Shown here: positions 1-14,011 of the stretch, piece by piece
Layout: each line of letters opens with the position of its first letter
Position numbering within the stretch: position 1 is the stretch's first letter
Notes under the pieces: generated by a model
Told to the model about the DNA's origin: nothing
The model's input: the letters and a program-made list of their open reading frames with translations, nothing else
Database searches by the model: none
Made by a program: the position numbers and the translations under genes
Assembly (NCBI RefSeq): GCF_006345805.1
Contig: NC_043014.1
Span: forward strand, 21,266,001-21,330,000
Direction of reading: 5' to 3'
DNA: 64,000 nucleotides
DNA from: Octopus sinensis
Lineage: Eukaryota

Positions 1-81
1 ACTAGCTCTTCCCACTTCACCCCCATCATTCTTCATCACCTCTATCACCATCCTTATTAGTTTCTGTGTTGTTGTTTGCAG

Positions 82-402
82 GTGAAAACATGGTTCCAGA
101 ACAGGAGAATGAAACACAAAAAGATGCAGAGAAAAGTGCACGAGGATCACGAGATGCGCAAAACTTCGAAATCAACAGAACCGGGTAACCACACGGCTAC
201 ATCGAGTTGCAACCGGAAGCAGTCGGGTCTCGATGACTTGACATTGGTTTCGGTGGATGCTGAAGTGGACGTTGATTCGGAAATGGATAGTTCCCGGGAA
301 CTCAGCCACCATGGGGATCCTTGTTCAGACATTGATACCGTTGAAATCAACGTAGTGGACACGGACGCAGCTCGCTACCGGAGAGCCCTCTTAAATAGCT
401 GA
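82..402 (+). CDS. Bsx: Terminal coding exon of an ANTP-class homeobox gene, brain-specific homeobox (Bsx/bsh)-like
   Basis: Pyrimidine-rich acceptor (tttgcag|GTG at 80/82) at the classic phase-0 Q|V homeodomain intron. Translation VKTWFQNRRMKHKKMQRK is helix 3 with the MKHKK tail typical of Bsx/bsh. An acidic C-terminus (EVDVDSEMD, EINVVD) and TGA at 400-402 follow. Upstream exons lie outside the window. Confidence 0.8.
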   Translation: MKTWFQNRRMKHKKMQRKVHEDHEMRKTSKSTEPGNHTATSSCNRKQSGLDDLTLVSVDAEVDVDSEMDSSRELSHHGDPCSDIDTVEINVVDTDAARYRRALLNS

Positions 403-722
403 TTCTACTGGCCTTGCTGTGTTGGCTTGGCGGCACACATCAGCGACAGACATAACGAAAAGAGAAACAATGTGACAGAGGCGGAAAGAGAGAAGGGGAG
501 ATTGAAAAGACAGAGAAAGAGACAGGAGAGAGAGACAGACAGACAAACAGACAGATTGACATGCAGACATACAGACATCAGACAGACAAACTGATAAACT
601 GAGAAAACAAAAGTGAGAGAGAGGGTATAGAGAAGAGTAAGTGAGAGATAATCAGATTGACAGAGAAAAAGGAGGAAAGCAAGACAAAAGAAAGAAAATA
701 AGAAAGTGATAGAAATGAAGAC

Positions 723-783
<61 letters not shown>

Positions 784-973
784 GACTACCACCACCCCCA
801 CCACTATAATTACTATTATTTATCTTTATTAATATTATTCTGTGCTCAAATAGAGTCAAGAAACAATCTTTTGTTTTACATTCTTTTATTCTTTCTGAGG
901 AAGGGTTGGAAACTATGGAACCAGTAAAACACTAGAGTCGATTCTAATGACTTTACTTGGTTTCATTATACAT

Positions 974-1004
<31 letters not shown>

Positions 1005-1286
1005 TATATTTATTATATATGGACAAAAAGAAAACTAAATTGGTTTTGTACCAAAAATATTATATATTATTATTATTATTATTATTATTATCATTTTAAC
1101 ATCAATTCATTATTATTCTGGTGCATGCGCAGTGGTGCGGCGGTAAGTTCTGAACAAAAAAGTAACAACACTGTACCTTGCGTTCGCAAAACAAAAAATG
1201 CTCTCGGTGGGTGAAAGGGACAAATTATAGAAACACATCACATAAAGTTTGCGAGCGCAGTTAAGCATGAACATCATTAAATCTCA

Positions 1287-1323
<37 letters not shown>

Positions 1324-1566
1324 TCCATATTTTATTAACCTCAAGGGTCTTGTGCCTACATATTAAAGAAAACATGATTTTTTTTAAAAATCAAACGAGA
1401 AACTATAAGAAATTATATGTAAAGACATATTTCCAAGCAGTCGAGGCAGCGTCACATTTTCCATTCTCGATTGAAACCATTTCACATCACATGTGTAACT
1501 AATGCTTCTTTTGTTCGTTTCTGTCCTTGTTTGTTTATTTCTATGTTTGCGTGTGTGCGCGCGCGC

Positions 1567-1614
<48 letters not shown>

Positions 1615-2079
1615 GTGTGTGTTTTTGTTGTTTTGGTGAGCGGGGAAAGTTGAAAGCATTGAACGCTACAACATCACGAATCCCACTCAAAACGAGGCCT
1701 TTTTATGCCTCGACCAGTGAAAGGAAGAAAAGAAGAACAAACAGCAGCCGTTTTCATTTTGAAACTTAAAATTGAATGAAAGATAATTAATCAAATAAAT
1801 AAAAACCGATATAAAACTGAAATAGAACCGAAATAAAAGCGAAATAAAGACAATGGAAAACCAATTTGGGGAAACTTCAACAAAAATGACTCCCAAAAAT
1901 CTTTGTTTTGTATTTTGTTTTTATGAAAAATATGTTGCTATTGAACCTCGACTACGAGGTTAAAGATTGCTTACTACACACGCACACACACTCACACATG
2001 CACAACCACATACACATTTACATACATATATATATGTGTGAATATATATACACACACATATGTATTCATACTTATATAT

Positions 2080-2197
2080 ATATAAATATTTTGCGTAATA
2101 AGATTAAAAAAACCCAGGCTGTATAGATATTAGAGCATTTACATACATATATATATATATGCGTAAATATATATATACACACATACGTTTTCATACG

Positions 2198-2265
<68 letters not shown>

Positions 2266-2660
2266 ATTTTGCGTAATAAGATAAAAAAACCAAGGATGTA
2301 TAGATATTAGAGCATTTATAGATAGAAGGGCTTACATCTGTTTCTAGGATATTAATTAATAATATCCCTTCATTGGAGTTAAGTCATAGTTAGTTTAGAT
2401 TTGATACAAAACAGGGAGTGAGGATTAACAACTTCAATACCCATACATATCTTGCATCTATTTTCTTTCCTCCACCTCACTCTCTATTTTGTATCAAATC
2501 TAAACTAACTGTGACTTAACTATCCTCTCACACCGTCTCCGATGAAAGGATATTATTAATAAATATCCTAGAAACAGCTGTAAGACCTTCTATCTATAAA
2601 TGCTCTAATATCTATACAGCCTTGGGTTTTTTTATCTTATTACGCAAAAAGTCCTCATAT
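2080..2660. repeat. PLE-type pseudo-LTR fold-back (family A) with hammerhead motif
   Basis: 2261-2410 is the reverse complement of ~2480-2660, and 2083-2140 is a partial tandem copy. The same family recurs at 41955-42260. Confidence 0.65.
2535..2586 (+). ncRNA. Type I hammerhead ribozyme motif (CCGAUGA core variant)
   Basis: GUCU-CCGAUGA-A-AGGAUAUU..AAUAUCCU-A-GAAAC-AGCUGUA/AGAC: stem I GUCU/AGAC, long stem II, palindromic stem III ACAGCUGU, GUA cleavage triplet. Confidence 0.7.
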
Positions 2661-2914
2661 ACACACGCTGACATAGAATCAAAGTTGAACCCTTTAATCG
2701 CAATATTAACGAATCTGAAACTTAACTATGGTCTGTCTATAGAACTTATTCAGCATTACCTGACACCTTTAGGTCTCAATGACACCAGTGTGTACGTATG
2801 TGTGTATATATGTATATAAGAGATATATAAACGTGCACATGTGTACTATGTGTATATGTATTACATATATACATTATAAGAGATATATAATCGTGCACAT
2901 ATATATGTGTACTA

Positions 2915-2958
<44 letters not shown>

Positions 2959-2988
2959 CAATACCATCATGAGATATATATATATGTG

Positions 2989-3021
<33 letters not shown>

Positions 3022-3183
3022 ATGTTTGTGCATGTATACACGCGTGTGTGCGCGCACGAACGTAATAACAAAAATATCAACACAGTGCTTGTTAATGTAT
3101 GTTTAGTATGTTTAATAATCAAATATTTAGTTAAATTATTGGTTCGTTAACAGTGTTACGTTTCATTGCTATGCTGTGCTACA

Positions 3184-3237
<54 letters not shown>

Positions 3238-4129
3238 AATCAAAACTAAATGTATATGTGGCCGAAAACAACTTGTTTGAAGATAAAATATTTTCGTGGA
3301 AAGAAAAACTAGATCTGGGCCAATATTTCTTCTGACGGATATATATTATATAGAGACGAGTTGCAACACTGCGAAAATATCATCCGTACTAATGGCACAA
3401 AAAACTTCAGCTGTTTCGTATATATTTAACATTAATCAGCAATCACATCATCTTTCAACTGCTGATATTCGTCAGACACTTTTCTCTTTGAAGAATCGAA
3501 GCTCCTCTGGTTTGTCCACAGATTAAATGTCATAGTGAGAGAAAAAGATAAGTTTATCAAAAATACCGTATATGATTTACATATACGTATTTACATGCAT
3601 GTATTATCATTATTATTTTTCGCGTTATCCATTCGGGGCCTTAGGATATAGATACGCCACATTTTGAAAAATTTATACGTGTCAAATTTTTCTCTGAGTT
3701 TACCCTTAACAGGAGTTTGTCTTTCATAGAAAGCAACAAAATTTCAATTGAGAGTTGTCAAATCAAGACAAGCATATACATATGTGCATGCATTTGTCAG
3801 GTGTTTGTGACGATGTGTGCGTGTATGTGTGCGTGTGCGTACGTGCGTGCGTGCGTCAAAACATCACTTCAATGCTGGAATTCTTCAAACGAACAGACTG
3901 CAATCAGAATACACAGAATCAAGGTAGAGGTTGCAACTCCAGAATTATAATCAGTGTCTGATCCGGGAGTGAATATGAATAATGAAATATTATTCCATGT
4001 GCATATTACAAAGATGGCAACAATATGCGGGTGACAAGCTGGGTGGATTCTGAGATCATTCAGAACAAAGAAAAGATTAAAAAAAAACAGGACACTTGGA
4101 TTACTGCTCCCAATTATGGTCACCACAAA

Positions 4130-5090
4130 GTGTTAAACAAACGGCGGTTTCTGAGTCAATCCGACGCTGTTATACCGGGAAGATTGTACAACAGATAAGC
4201 TACTGGGAGAAGCTAAAAGAACCAATGATCTACTCCCTAGAACGAAAACATGAAAATTTGCAGTTACCTTTATAAATATGTAGATTAATTTTGGAAACTC
4301 TAGCACCAAACCTAGGGTCTGAATGCTATACCAACTCCAAAACTGGACGACACTGCATGGTAAAAAAGGTCTGCCCGATCCAGCTAGAGCAACACTCGAT
4401 GTTATAACAGTTTATGATTCAAAGGACAGCAATTATTCAATACTTTACCTAAAAACCTAAGATGTTTATGTTCACATTTACACCTCAAAGACATAAATAC
4501 ATCCATTCAGTCATCTTCTCCATCCACTATGTCTGGGTGGGGTGTCCTCAGGCACTTCTTTCAAAATGTCCCGTCGAAGCAACCGTCATTACACTTTCCA
4601 GATGAATTCTCAAACATGACCAACTGAGATTATGGATATTATTTAATCATCATGTTCTGACTCTACCGCTACCTATTCTACGGGCGCGGATCGAAGAATC
4701 CATTTTGAGATTCTTTCCTGTGACATTCTAATCACATGTCCGTAGTACTAGACCTGTGACCTCTCAGTGCAGAGAAGTAGTGACTTCGTCTGGAGAAACT
4801 CCCTGGTTTCCGAACTGCGCACCCCGTCAAATAACGTTACTCCAGGGATCTTTCATAAGAATCCCATTTCGGCCGTTCGAACATTATGCAATATTCCTGA
4901 CCATTGGTGGAAGATAAGCACGAAAACTGAACTGAAGATATAATGTTTGGCGTTTTTAGAGCAACCTCTCCTATTTTGAAGATCGAATGCGAAACATGAG
5001 AAATTACCATTCCAGCACATTCAGTTCTTGTATACAATTCAACCTGCTGCTTCCCATCACATAAATGTAGATTTATTAAAAAAAAACACA
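4130..5090. mobile_element. Degenerate LINE 3' fragments (CR1-like on +, RTE-like on -)
   Basis: + strand ..ISYWEKLK.. resembles the end of the 16-19 kb LINE. - strand YYGHVIRMSQERIS resembles an RTE RT C-terminus. Heavily frameshifted. Confidence 0.4.
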
Positions 5091-5530
5091 CATAGACATC
5101 CTTTTACCTGTGATTCCAGGTGAACCTGTGTTACCCTAAGAAATACAAATGACAACGGCGATATCCATAGAAGGAAATAAATAAAAATTACGACCAATAT
5201 CTGTGCTCGGGTATGACCACAGCCAGTGAGTGGAAAAGGAAAAAAAGAGTAAAGGTATAAAAGAGTAGAGGGAATATTTTTGTTTACTGGTTTCTGTCGC
5301 TGAACTGTGGTCATGCTGCAGCACCGATCTTAATACTGTATAATCATTCATATCAACACTTGCGTTTCAACCAGGTCCTATATTTGTCGCTATCATATAT
5401 GTGTGTGTGTGCGTGTGTGCGTATGTGCGTGTGTGCGTATGTGCATGTGTGTGTTTAGGTATATACGCATATATATTGTGTGTGTGTGTGTATGTGTATG
5501 AGTGTATGCATGTACATGTGTGTGTGTATA

Positions 5531-6420
5531 CACTGGGTGTTCGGGCTAAATTTGATGACTTTTATGTCTCCTTTCTCAGGAATATCTTGATGTATTGGTG
5601 AACAGTAAACGGCACTGAAGAGTATAAAGATTAAAGTTGTAGCTGAGAAAAAGTTAGCTGAGGACTGGAAGCCATCTGAATATTGGAAAAGAGTTACCTG
5701 TACGATGGTGATTCGCGCCGGCTATCAAAACGTCGACACGATGACTGCTGCTCAGTGCTTTGTAAACATTGTAAGAGCTGTAGGACATGACATGGCAACC
5801 ATGAAAAGCAATTTCTCTCAAACTGTAATGGTCTTTGGGTATGTTTCCAGTGAAGGTGACGTCATGTCGCTCCACGTTTTTGAACAGGGCCTTAGGCTCA
5901 ATTCAGCCGACTAATGTGAAGCTACTGGAGATTGTGGTCAATCCCAGGCTAGAGACGGTTGCTGCTGGAATGCCATGTGTAGCAGCAGGATCCGACTCCT
6001 TTCCATACCTCTGGAAAGAATCAGAAGTGGTTTCCATATAATTCCTACGACTTCATTAGACCCGATTTCTGGCCTCCTAATTCCCTCAATGTAAACCCAT
6101 GCGCTACTATGTGTGAGGGGGCGGCGCGATTGAGAAAGACACCGACCATTCTGCCAGCAACACCAAGGCCGAGCTGGTGACCGAGATCAATGAAATGATC
6201 GATCTTCCCAGAGACACAGTGAGAAACGCATGCGCCAGGTTCCGGAGCTGTGTTGAGGCCATGGCAGAAACCGAGGGCAGCTACTTTGAGTAAACTGTTA
6301 TCTCCCAGCCATAATCTAGTTGATATTTTTTGATTTTTTCAAATACTTTTATCTTTGGATGGGACATTTTTCTTTCTTCTCCTTTTATACAAACTATCGA
6401 ATTTAGACCGAACACACTGA
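5531..6420 (+). mobile_element. Internally deleted Tc1/mariner-superfamily element
   Basis: Terminal inverted match GTGTTCGG(G/T)CTAAATT at both ends. Transposase remnants VMVFGYVSSEGDVM and FWPPNS. Confidence 0.65.
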
Positions 6421-6487
6421 ATAAACATAACTTTAGTGAACGAAATTATTTCCGCATTCTTTAGTTTTGTACGTTTCTTCACATGAC

Positions 6488-6885
6488 GCGCAGGCGTTGT
6501 TAAGTGTACTTCCCAACAGCATGGTTCTGGATTCAATCCCAATGCGTAACAATATGAGTAATATCTTCTACTACAGCACCGGGCCAACCAAAACCTTGAT
6601 TGGATTTGATTGATAGAAACTGAAAAAAGTAAGTGGTACATGTGTGTGAGTGTTTGTGTTTGTGTGTGTCTGTGTTTTTGTTTGTCCTCCAGCACCACTT
6701 GACAACTAGTGTTGATTTGTTTACGACTCCGTGAGCTAGCGGTTCGGCAAAAGAAAACCGATAGAATAGGAACCAGGCTTTAAAAATAAGAAGTACTGGG
6801 CTCTATTCGCTCGACTAAAACCTTTCAAGGTGGTGTCCAAGCATGGCCGCAGCACAATAACTGAAGCAAGTGAAAGATAAGACAA
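6488..6885 (+). mobile_element. tRNA-derived SINE (diverged copy)
   Basis: Head, central (TG)n and tail homologous to the other SINE copies in the window. Confidence 0.75.
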
Positions 6886-6942
6886 GAGATTAATGAAGCG
6901 TACTTCCCAACGAACTTTGATTAACAAGAACAACAATATCAC

Positions 6943-6987
<45 letters not shown>

Positions 6988-6988
<1 letters not shown>

Positions 6989-7212
6989 TCTTTTATTCTT
7001 TTATTTATTTCAGTCATATGACTGCGGCCATACTGCAGCGCCGCCTTACAGGGTTTCTAGTAGAAGAAATCGCCCTCAGGACTTATTCTTTGTAAGCCTA
7101 GTACTTATTCTATCGGTCTCATTGACGAGCCGCCATATTATTGGGAGATATATACATCAGCAACGGTTGTCAAGCGGTGGCAGGGCACAAACACAGACAC
7201 ACACACGCAAAT

Positions 7213-7243
<31 letters not shown>

Positions 7244-7333
7244 CACGATGGGCTTCTTCTAGTTTCCGTCCACCAAATCCACTCACACGGCTTTGGTCAG
7301 CCCGAGGCCATAGTAGAGGACACTTGCCCAAGA
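6988..7333 (-). mobile_element. tRNA-derived SINE, head truncated by (GATA)n
   Basis: Reverse complement of the SINE body and tail. Confidence 0.8.
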
Positions 7334-7334
7334 T

Positions 7335-7441
<107 letters not shown>

Positions 7442-7966
7442 CATAGATACATAGATATATAGATAGATACATATATATATATAGACACACACACACACAC
7501 GAACACAATCATGATAATTTGTTGGCAACAAAATCAGGCAAATAAATGAAATGAATACCATTTATACCAAAAGAGTCACACGACTTACCGTAGAAATGGG
7601 ACATAAACATCATAATATACAATTAAAAAATACCAATTGGAGAATGTAAACCTGTCATGGTCACAGAAGTGTGACGAAAATTTCAAGGAATATCACCAAA
7701 GAGCAAAAAGTGAATCAACCAGATAGTGAGTATGATATAGGCTTTAACGCGACTCAGCAAGATGAGTATAAAATTGGATTCGACACGGTCGCAGATCAAT
7801 AATTCTTGAAAAACACATTAAAAAATTACATAATATGTCTGTGTGTGTGCGTGTGTGATACAGATGAACAGTGCAATTGAAGTAATGCAACGTGTATGTG
7901 TCTGCATGTGAAAGTGATGAGGTGTGAGTGAAATGATGAAGTCTAAGAAGGTAATTAGAGACACCC

Positions 7967-8016
<50 letters not shown>

Positions 8017-8089
8017 ATATATATATATATATATTAGCAGAGATACCCGGCCTTGCTCCGAATTAAAATACCATAGTTTTTTTTTATCC

Positions 8090-8378
8090 TTTCACTTGTT
8101 TCAGTCATGTGACTGCAGCCATGCTGGAGCACCGACATTACTCGAACAAATCGACCACAGGTTTCATTCTTTGTAAACATAGTACTTATGCTATTAGTGT
8201 CTTTTACCGAACCGCTAAGTTACGGGAATGTAAACACAGCAACATCGGTTGTTAAGCAATTGTGGGGGTACAAACACAGATGCAGACACAGACACACACA
8301 AATATACACATATATACGACTTACTTCTTTCAGTTTCCGTGCACGAAATCCACTCACAAGGCTTTGGTCACCCAGGCT
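8090..8378 (-). mobile_element. tRNA-derived SINE, partial
   Basis: Tail ..GGTGCTCCAGCATGGCTGCAGTCACATGACTGAAA on - strand. Confidence 0.75.
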
Positions 8379-8381
8379 GTA

Positions 8382-8418
<37 letters not shown>

Positions 8419-8465
8419 ATATATATATAATATATATATACATTATGATATCACATATATAAAGG

Positions 8466-8643
8466 TGTAGGCGTAGGAGTGACTGTGTGATAATTAGCTT
8501 GCTTACCAACCACATGGTTCTGGGTTCAGTCCCTCTGTGTGGCACCTTCGGCAAAAGAGACCTCGGACCGACCAAAGCCTTGTGAGTGGATTTTGGTAGA
8601 GGAAAACTAAAAAAAGCCCATCGTATATATATGTATATATATG

Positions 8644-8695
<52 letters not shown>

Positions 8696-8908
8696 TCCCC
8701 CCAACATCGCTTGACAACCGATGCTAGTCTGTTTACGTCCCCAGTTTCTATCGGTTTGTTTTGCCGAACCGCTGTTCGGCAAAAGAAACCGATAGAATAA
8801 GTATTAGGATTGCAAAGAATAAGACCTGAGGTCGATTTACACGACTAAAAGGCGGTACTCCTGCATGGCCACAGTCAAATGACCGAAACAAGTAAAAGAG
8901 TAAAAGAG
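8466..8908 (+). mobile_element. tRNA-derived SINE, full length
   Basis: Head GGCGTAGGAGTGACTGTGTG (A-box-like) and GGTTCAGTCCC (B-box-like), central (TG)n, tail ending (GTAAAAGA)n. Confidence 0.85.
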
Positions 8909-8936
8909 TATATATATATATATATAAATACATACA

Positions 8937-8973
<37 letters not shown>

Positions 8974-9006
8974 ATAATATATATATATATATTATGTATA
9001 TGTATA

Positions 9007-9083
<77 letters not shown>

Positions 9084-9260
9084 CATAATATATATAAATA
9101 TATAGGTATATATATTTTATATATTATATATATATATATATATATACATATATATATGTATTATATATAAACATATATATGTGTGTGTATATATTATATA
9201 TATAATATAATTATTATATATATATTATATATATATATGCATATATATATATATACATAC

Positions 9261-9299
<39 letters not shown>

Positions 9300-9304
9300 C
9301 ACAC

Positions 9305-9450
9305 AGACGTCTTTCAGTTTCCGTCAGCAAAATCCACTGACATGGTTTAGTCCGCGGAAGGATATAGTAGAAGACACTTGCTGAAGGTGCTACGTAGTGG
9401 GACTAAACCCAGAATCATATGGTTCGGATGCAAGCTTCTTAGCACACAGC
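9305..9450 (-). mobile_element. tRNA-derived SINE head fragment
   Basis: Homology to the SINE head. Confidence 0.65.
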
Positions 9451-9462
9451 CATGTATGTATA

Positions 9463-9499
<37 letters not shown>

Positions 9500-9758
9500 T
9501 TACACATGCATCTATGTGTGTATGACCATAGATACTTATATATGTATCTACGTCTTCATCTTTGTATGCATGTATGCCTACATTTATGTTTGTATGTATG
9601 TGTGTATGCATTCATGCATGTTTTTCTTTGTAATTTCTCTAAGATTTTTGCAGAATTCAAGCCGGTCACTAGCAAAGCACAAGGCATTATTTCTCATTTT
9701 TCGAGCAAAGACGTTTGCTCCTTTGCAATGAATCTTCTCAGTAGCGCCAATTGATTGA

Positions 9759-9860
<102 letters not shown>

Positions 9861-9998
9861 GTAGGTAGATAGATATATAGATAGATAGATAGACAAATAG
9901 ATTCATACATAAATATATATATACATACATAGGCAGACAAATAGACAAACAGGCAGACAGACAGACAGACAGACAGTCAGACAGAGAGATAGCTAGAG

Positions 9999-10081
<83 letters not shown>

Positions 10082-10414
10082 CAGATCGATCACATTCAGA
10101 ATTATTGTTGTGTAAGTAGGTGTAGTAACATTGTTGTAATTTTCAAGCAGAATCAGAGTGAGGCAGTGTGATAAGGCCGAACTTTCGAAGTACAGGTTCA
10201 ATCAATACAACAGCTTTCCATGCCATTTCAATCTAACAAATTTTATTCTCAAGGCATGGGCCGACCATATAAATAACACTAATCCAAGATGGTATATATT
10301 GATATTGAACTTGGAATGTCATAATGATAATTCAGCCTTACTGCGCCTACATTAGATGTACTCAAATGTGTGTGTGTGTGTGTGTGCGTGTGTGTGTGCG
10401 TGTGTGTGTGTGTG

Positions 10415-10471
<57 letters not shown>

Positions 10472-10485
10472 TATTATACATTATA

Positions 10486-11560
10486 CAGGGTGCGTAAGAT
10501 ATTTGAGGACAGATTTATGTTTATAAAAAAACAGATATATAATAACAGATAATAACTTTATTTATCAAAAAATGCTATGAGAATAAAAATAAACTTTCTT
10601 TTCTATAATGTTAATCAATAAAGCCATCTTCAGCTTCAACAACTGCTTCTATATAAGAGCTAAATCATCTACATGCTTGAATAAAGTAGTCCTGCTTCAT
10701 TTTAGACATTACTCTGACTATGGCAGTTTTCAAAGAATCTTTGATGTTATGGGCGTATTCATTGAACTCTCAACAACGCCCCACATGTAATAGTCCAATG
10801 GATTGAGATCTAGGGAATTAGGAGGCCAAATGTTAGACGGTTATGCGATCATGAAAATTTTCGGCCATCCTTTCCTGTGTTACTAAATCCATATGTGATA
10901 GCGCAGAGTCCTACTGAAAGACATGGCCTTGTGGAAAGAAATAAGGAGGCATCACATGACTTTCATTGCTGACAACCCCTAAAACCATGACAGTTGCAGG
11001 AAATTTTGTATGCATAACGCTTAGAACTTCAGAAGGGTCTGCACATAACCATCTGTCATTTCTTCTGTTAACGTTTGATCTTGGTCGAAGTTTTTCTCGT
11101 TTGAGAAAGATCAAATCAAATCTTCTGCTGGATTTTTCAGTTTCTTTGAGAGCCTTTTAGATCTAATATAGTGATTTTCTCTTGCTTTTTCTGACAAATT
11201 GACCTTTCCTCATCAATATACCTGATGTTTTCGAGGACAAGATTTCGAACGATTCCTTCTGACACATGGAGATCTTTTGCAATTGACCTCATGGACTTTC
11301 TGGAATTGTAATCAATGATCTATTGAACTTGCTGGATAAATTCAGGTGTTCTGATGATTTCAGGGCGTTTAGAATGCTTTTGATGCTTGATACTGGTGAT
11401 ATGCTTCCATCTTCAGTCTCTAGCTCCTTACAAACTTTGTAGACGAAAGATCTAGCAACTTTTAAAAATCATGATATTTCTATATCGCTATGCTTACGCT
11501 TTATAACCGCAAAAATAGCATACCTCTTCATTTCTTGAGTATGTTGAGGGTCTGCCTTAT
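10486..11560 (-). mobile_element. Degenerate Tc1/mariner-superfamily transposon, related to 5531-6420
   Basis: - strand HTKFPATVMVLGVVSNESHVMPP and IWPPNSLDLNPLDYYMWG. TA|CAGGGTG terminus at 10484. Confidence 0.65.
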
Positions 11561-11678
11561 TATTTTCTGAAACAAAGATTATACAGAGTTAGCAAAAAAT
11601 GCAGCAATGAACTATATGTATGTGTGTTGTATTATATATATAATATATGTATATATATATATATATATGTATTATATA

Positions 11679-11726
<48 letters not shown>

Positions 11727-11740
11727 TTTTATAATATATA

Positions 11741-11862
<122 letters not shown>

Positions 11863-12370
11863 ATAAATTATATACGAAAATACATATATTTATATACGTA
11901 TATACATATATATCATATATATAGACATATATGCATGTACGTATGTATGTATGTATGTACGTACGTACGTATGTATGTATGTATGCGTGTATGTATGTAT
12001 GTATGTATGTATTATGTATGTATGTATGTATGTATGTATGTATGCATTCCTGAGACTTCGACCCATATTGCCACTGGATATCTTGCCCTGGCTTATCTCT
12101 GGATCGTGTTAGTAGGGTGGAGGGGGTTTCTGAGGTAATGTCGAAGCCTTATTGGACCTATCATTTTAAGTTGTGCAATCGCCGGCGAGGCAACTATTCG
12201 ATTCCCGGTTGAGTAGGAGGGCGCCGCGCCGTGCATGGAAGCCGAGGACACAAACCCAGATGAAGCCGACTGCTGGTGCAATAACCGCTTACACTGACAT
12301 TTTGCATGAGAAATGGACAGCGATGGCCCTCTTCGGTCACGACTGGACAGCCATTATCCTCGTATATATG

Positions 12371-12421
<51 letters not shown>

Positions 12422-12689
12422 GTGTGAGCATATATATATATAATTAATCAAAAAAGAAAGGAAAAATAAAACAAGAAAAAACAGCAACGCAAGGACGTGT
12501 TGCAAGCAAAGTATTAGCAGACGCACAGGGAAGAGAAGAAAAGCAGTTTTACGTTTCAAGAAAAGTTCATCGTCAGAAACAGGAGACGGAGGAAAGTCCA
12601 AGTGAAAAGGAAGACGGAGGAAAAAATTGCCGACGATCCATTTGTGGTTACGTTTTGAAAATATATATATGTGTGTATATATTCTTCTA

Positions 12690-13074
12690 TTCTTTTATTT
12701 GTTTCAGTCATTTTAGTTAAGCCATGCTGGAGCACCGCCTTTGGTCGAACCCCAAGACTTATTCTTTGTAAGCCTAGTATTTATTCTATCGATCTCCTTT
12801 ACTGAACCGCTAAGTTACAGGGACGTAAACACAACAACATCGGTTGTCAAGCGTCGGTGGAGGGACAGGCACAGACTCACAAAGATGTACATATATATAT
12901 ATATATACGACGGACTTCTTTCAGTTTCCGTCTACCAAATCCACTTACAAAGTTTTGGTCGGCCCGTGGCTATAGTAGAAAACACTTGCCTAAGGTGCCA
13001 CCCAGTGGGACTGAACCCGGAGCCATGTGACTGGGAAGCAAGCTTCTTACGACACAGCTACGCCTGCGCCTGTA
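12690..13074 (-). mobile_element. tRNA-derived SINE, full length
   Basis: Head and tail as in the other copies. Confidence 0.85.
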
Positions 13075-13287
13075 GATAGATAGATAGAAATAGATAGATA
13101 GATAGATAGATAGATAGATGATTAGATAGATAGATAGAAGATAGATAGATTGATTGATAGATAGATAGATGGATGGATGGATGGATGATGGATGGATGGA
13201 TGGATGGATGGATGGATGATGAATGGGTGGATACAGCCACGCCTGCGCCTATACATGTATATATATACTTATATATATATATATACT

Positions 13288-13318
<31 letters not shown>

Positions 13319-13419
13319 TATATATTAAGTATATATATATATATACTTATATATATATATATGAAAGTGACGAAGGGGCATATTTGGCATATTGTGCTTT
13401 ATGAGTTCGATAACAATGC

Positions 13420-13610
13420 AACGGAAAGTGAGAGGAAATATTATGCAGTATATGGAATCGGACAATAAGCGTAAGCCAGTTTCAACCTAGGTTCCAGAAA
13501 TTCCGAGTCGGAGAGTACAGTCTAGAAGACGAGCCTCGTTCTGAAACATCTGTAGAACTCGATGAGGACGTCCTGCAAAACTTGAGCAACAAAATCTCAG
13601 AGTAACTTAT
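13420..13610 (+). mobile_element. Mariner transposase N-terminal (HTH) fragment
   Basis: Frameshifted EFD..NATES..FQKFRVGEYSLEDEPRS..VELDEDVL motif. Confidence 0.6.
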
Positions 13611-13633
13611 ATATATATATATATATATATATA

Positions 13634-13690
<57 letters not shown>

Positions 13691-13888
13691 TATGTATGTA
13701 TGTCTATATATATATGCATGCATACCTACATAGACCCTGTTCTATTTAACATTTTCCCGAAAGAAATCAACAAGAAAAACATCCCATTACTTCATATATA
13801 TAAATATATATATATATTGTTGTGACGGATACCCCCAAGTGAGAAGTGGGCTGTTCCATCCATCCATCTATCTATCTATCTATCTATT

Positions 13889-14011
13889 TACAGGCGCAGG
13901 CGTAGCTGTGTCGTAAGAAGCTTGCTTCCCAGTCACATGGCTCCGGGTTCAGTCCCACTGGGTGGCACCTTAGGCAAGTGTTTTCTACTATAGCCACGGG
14001 CCGACCAAAGC
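13889..14011 (+). repeat. SINE head that is an exact inverted duplicate of 12954-13074
   Basis: 121 bp identical by eye, including private substitutions. Confidence 0.85.

Noticed and set aside
8033-8072. Helitron 3' end on - strand
   Set aside because: Only ~35 bp, ends CTAA rather than CTRR in a convincing context, and no matching 5' end was found.
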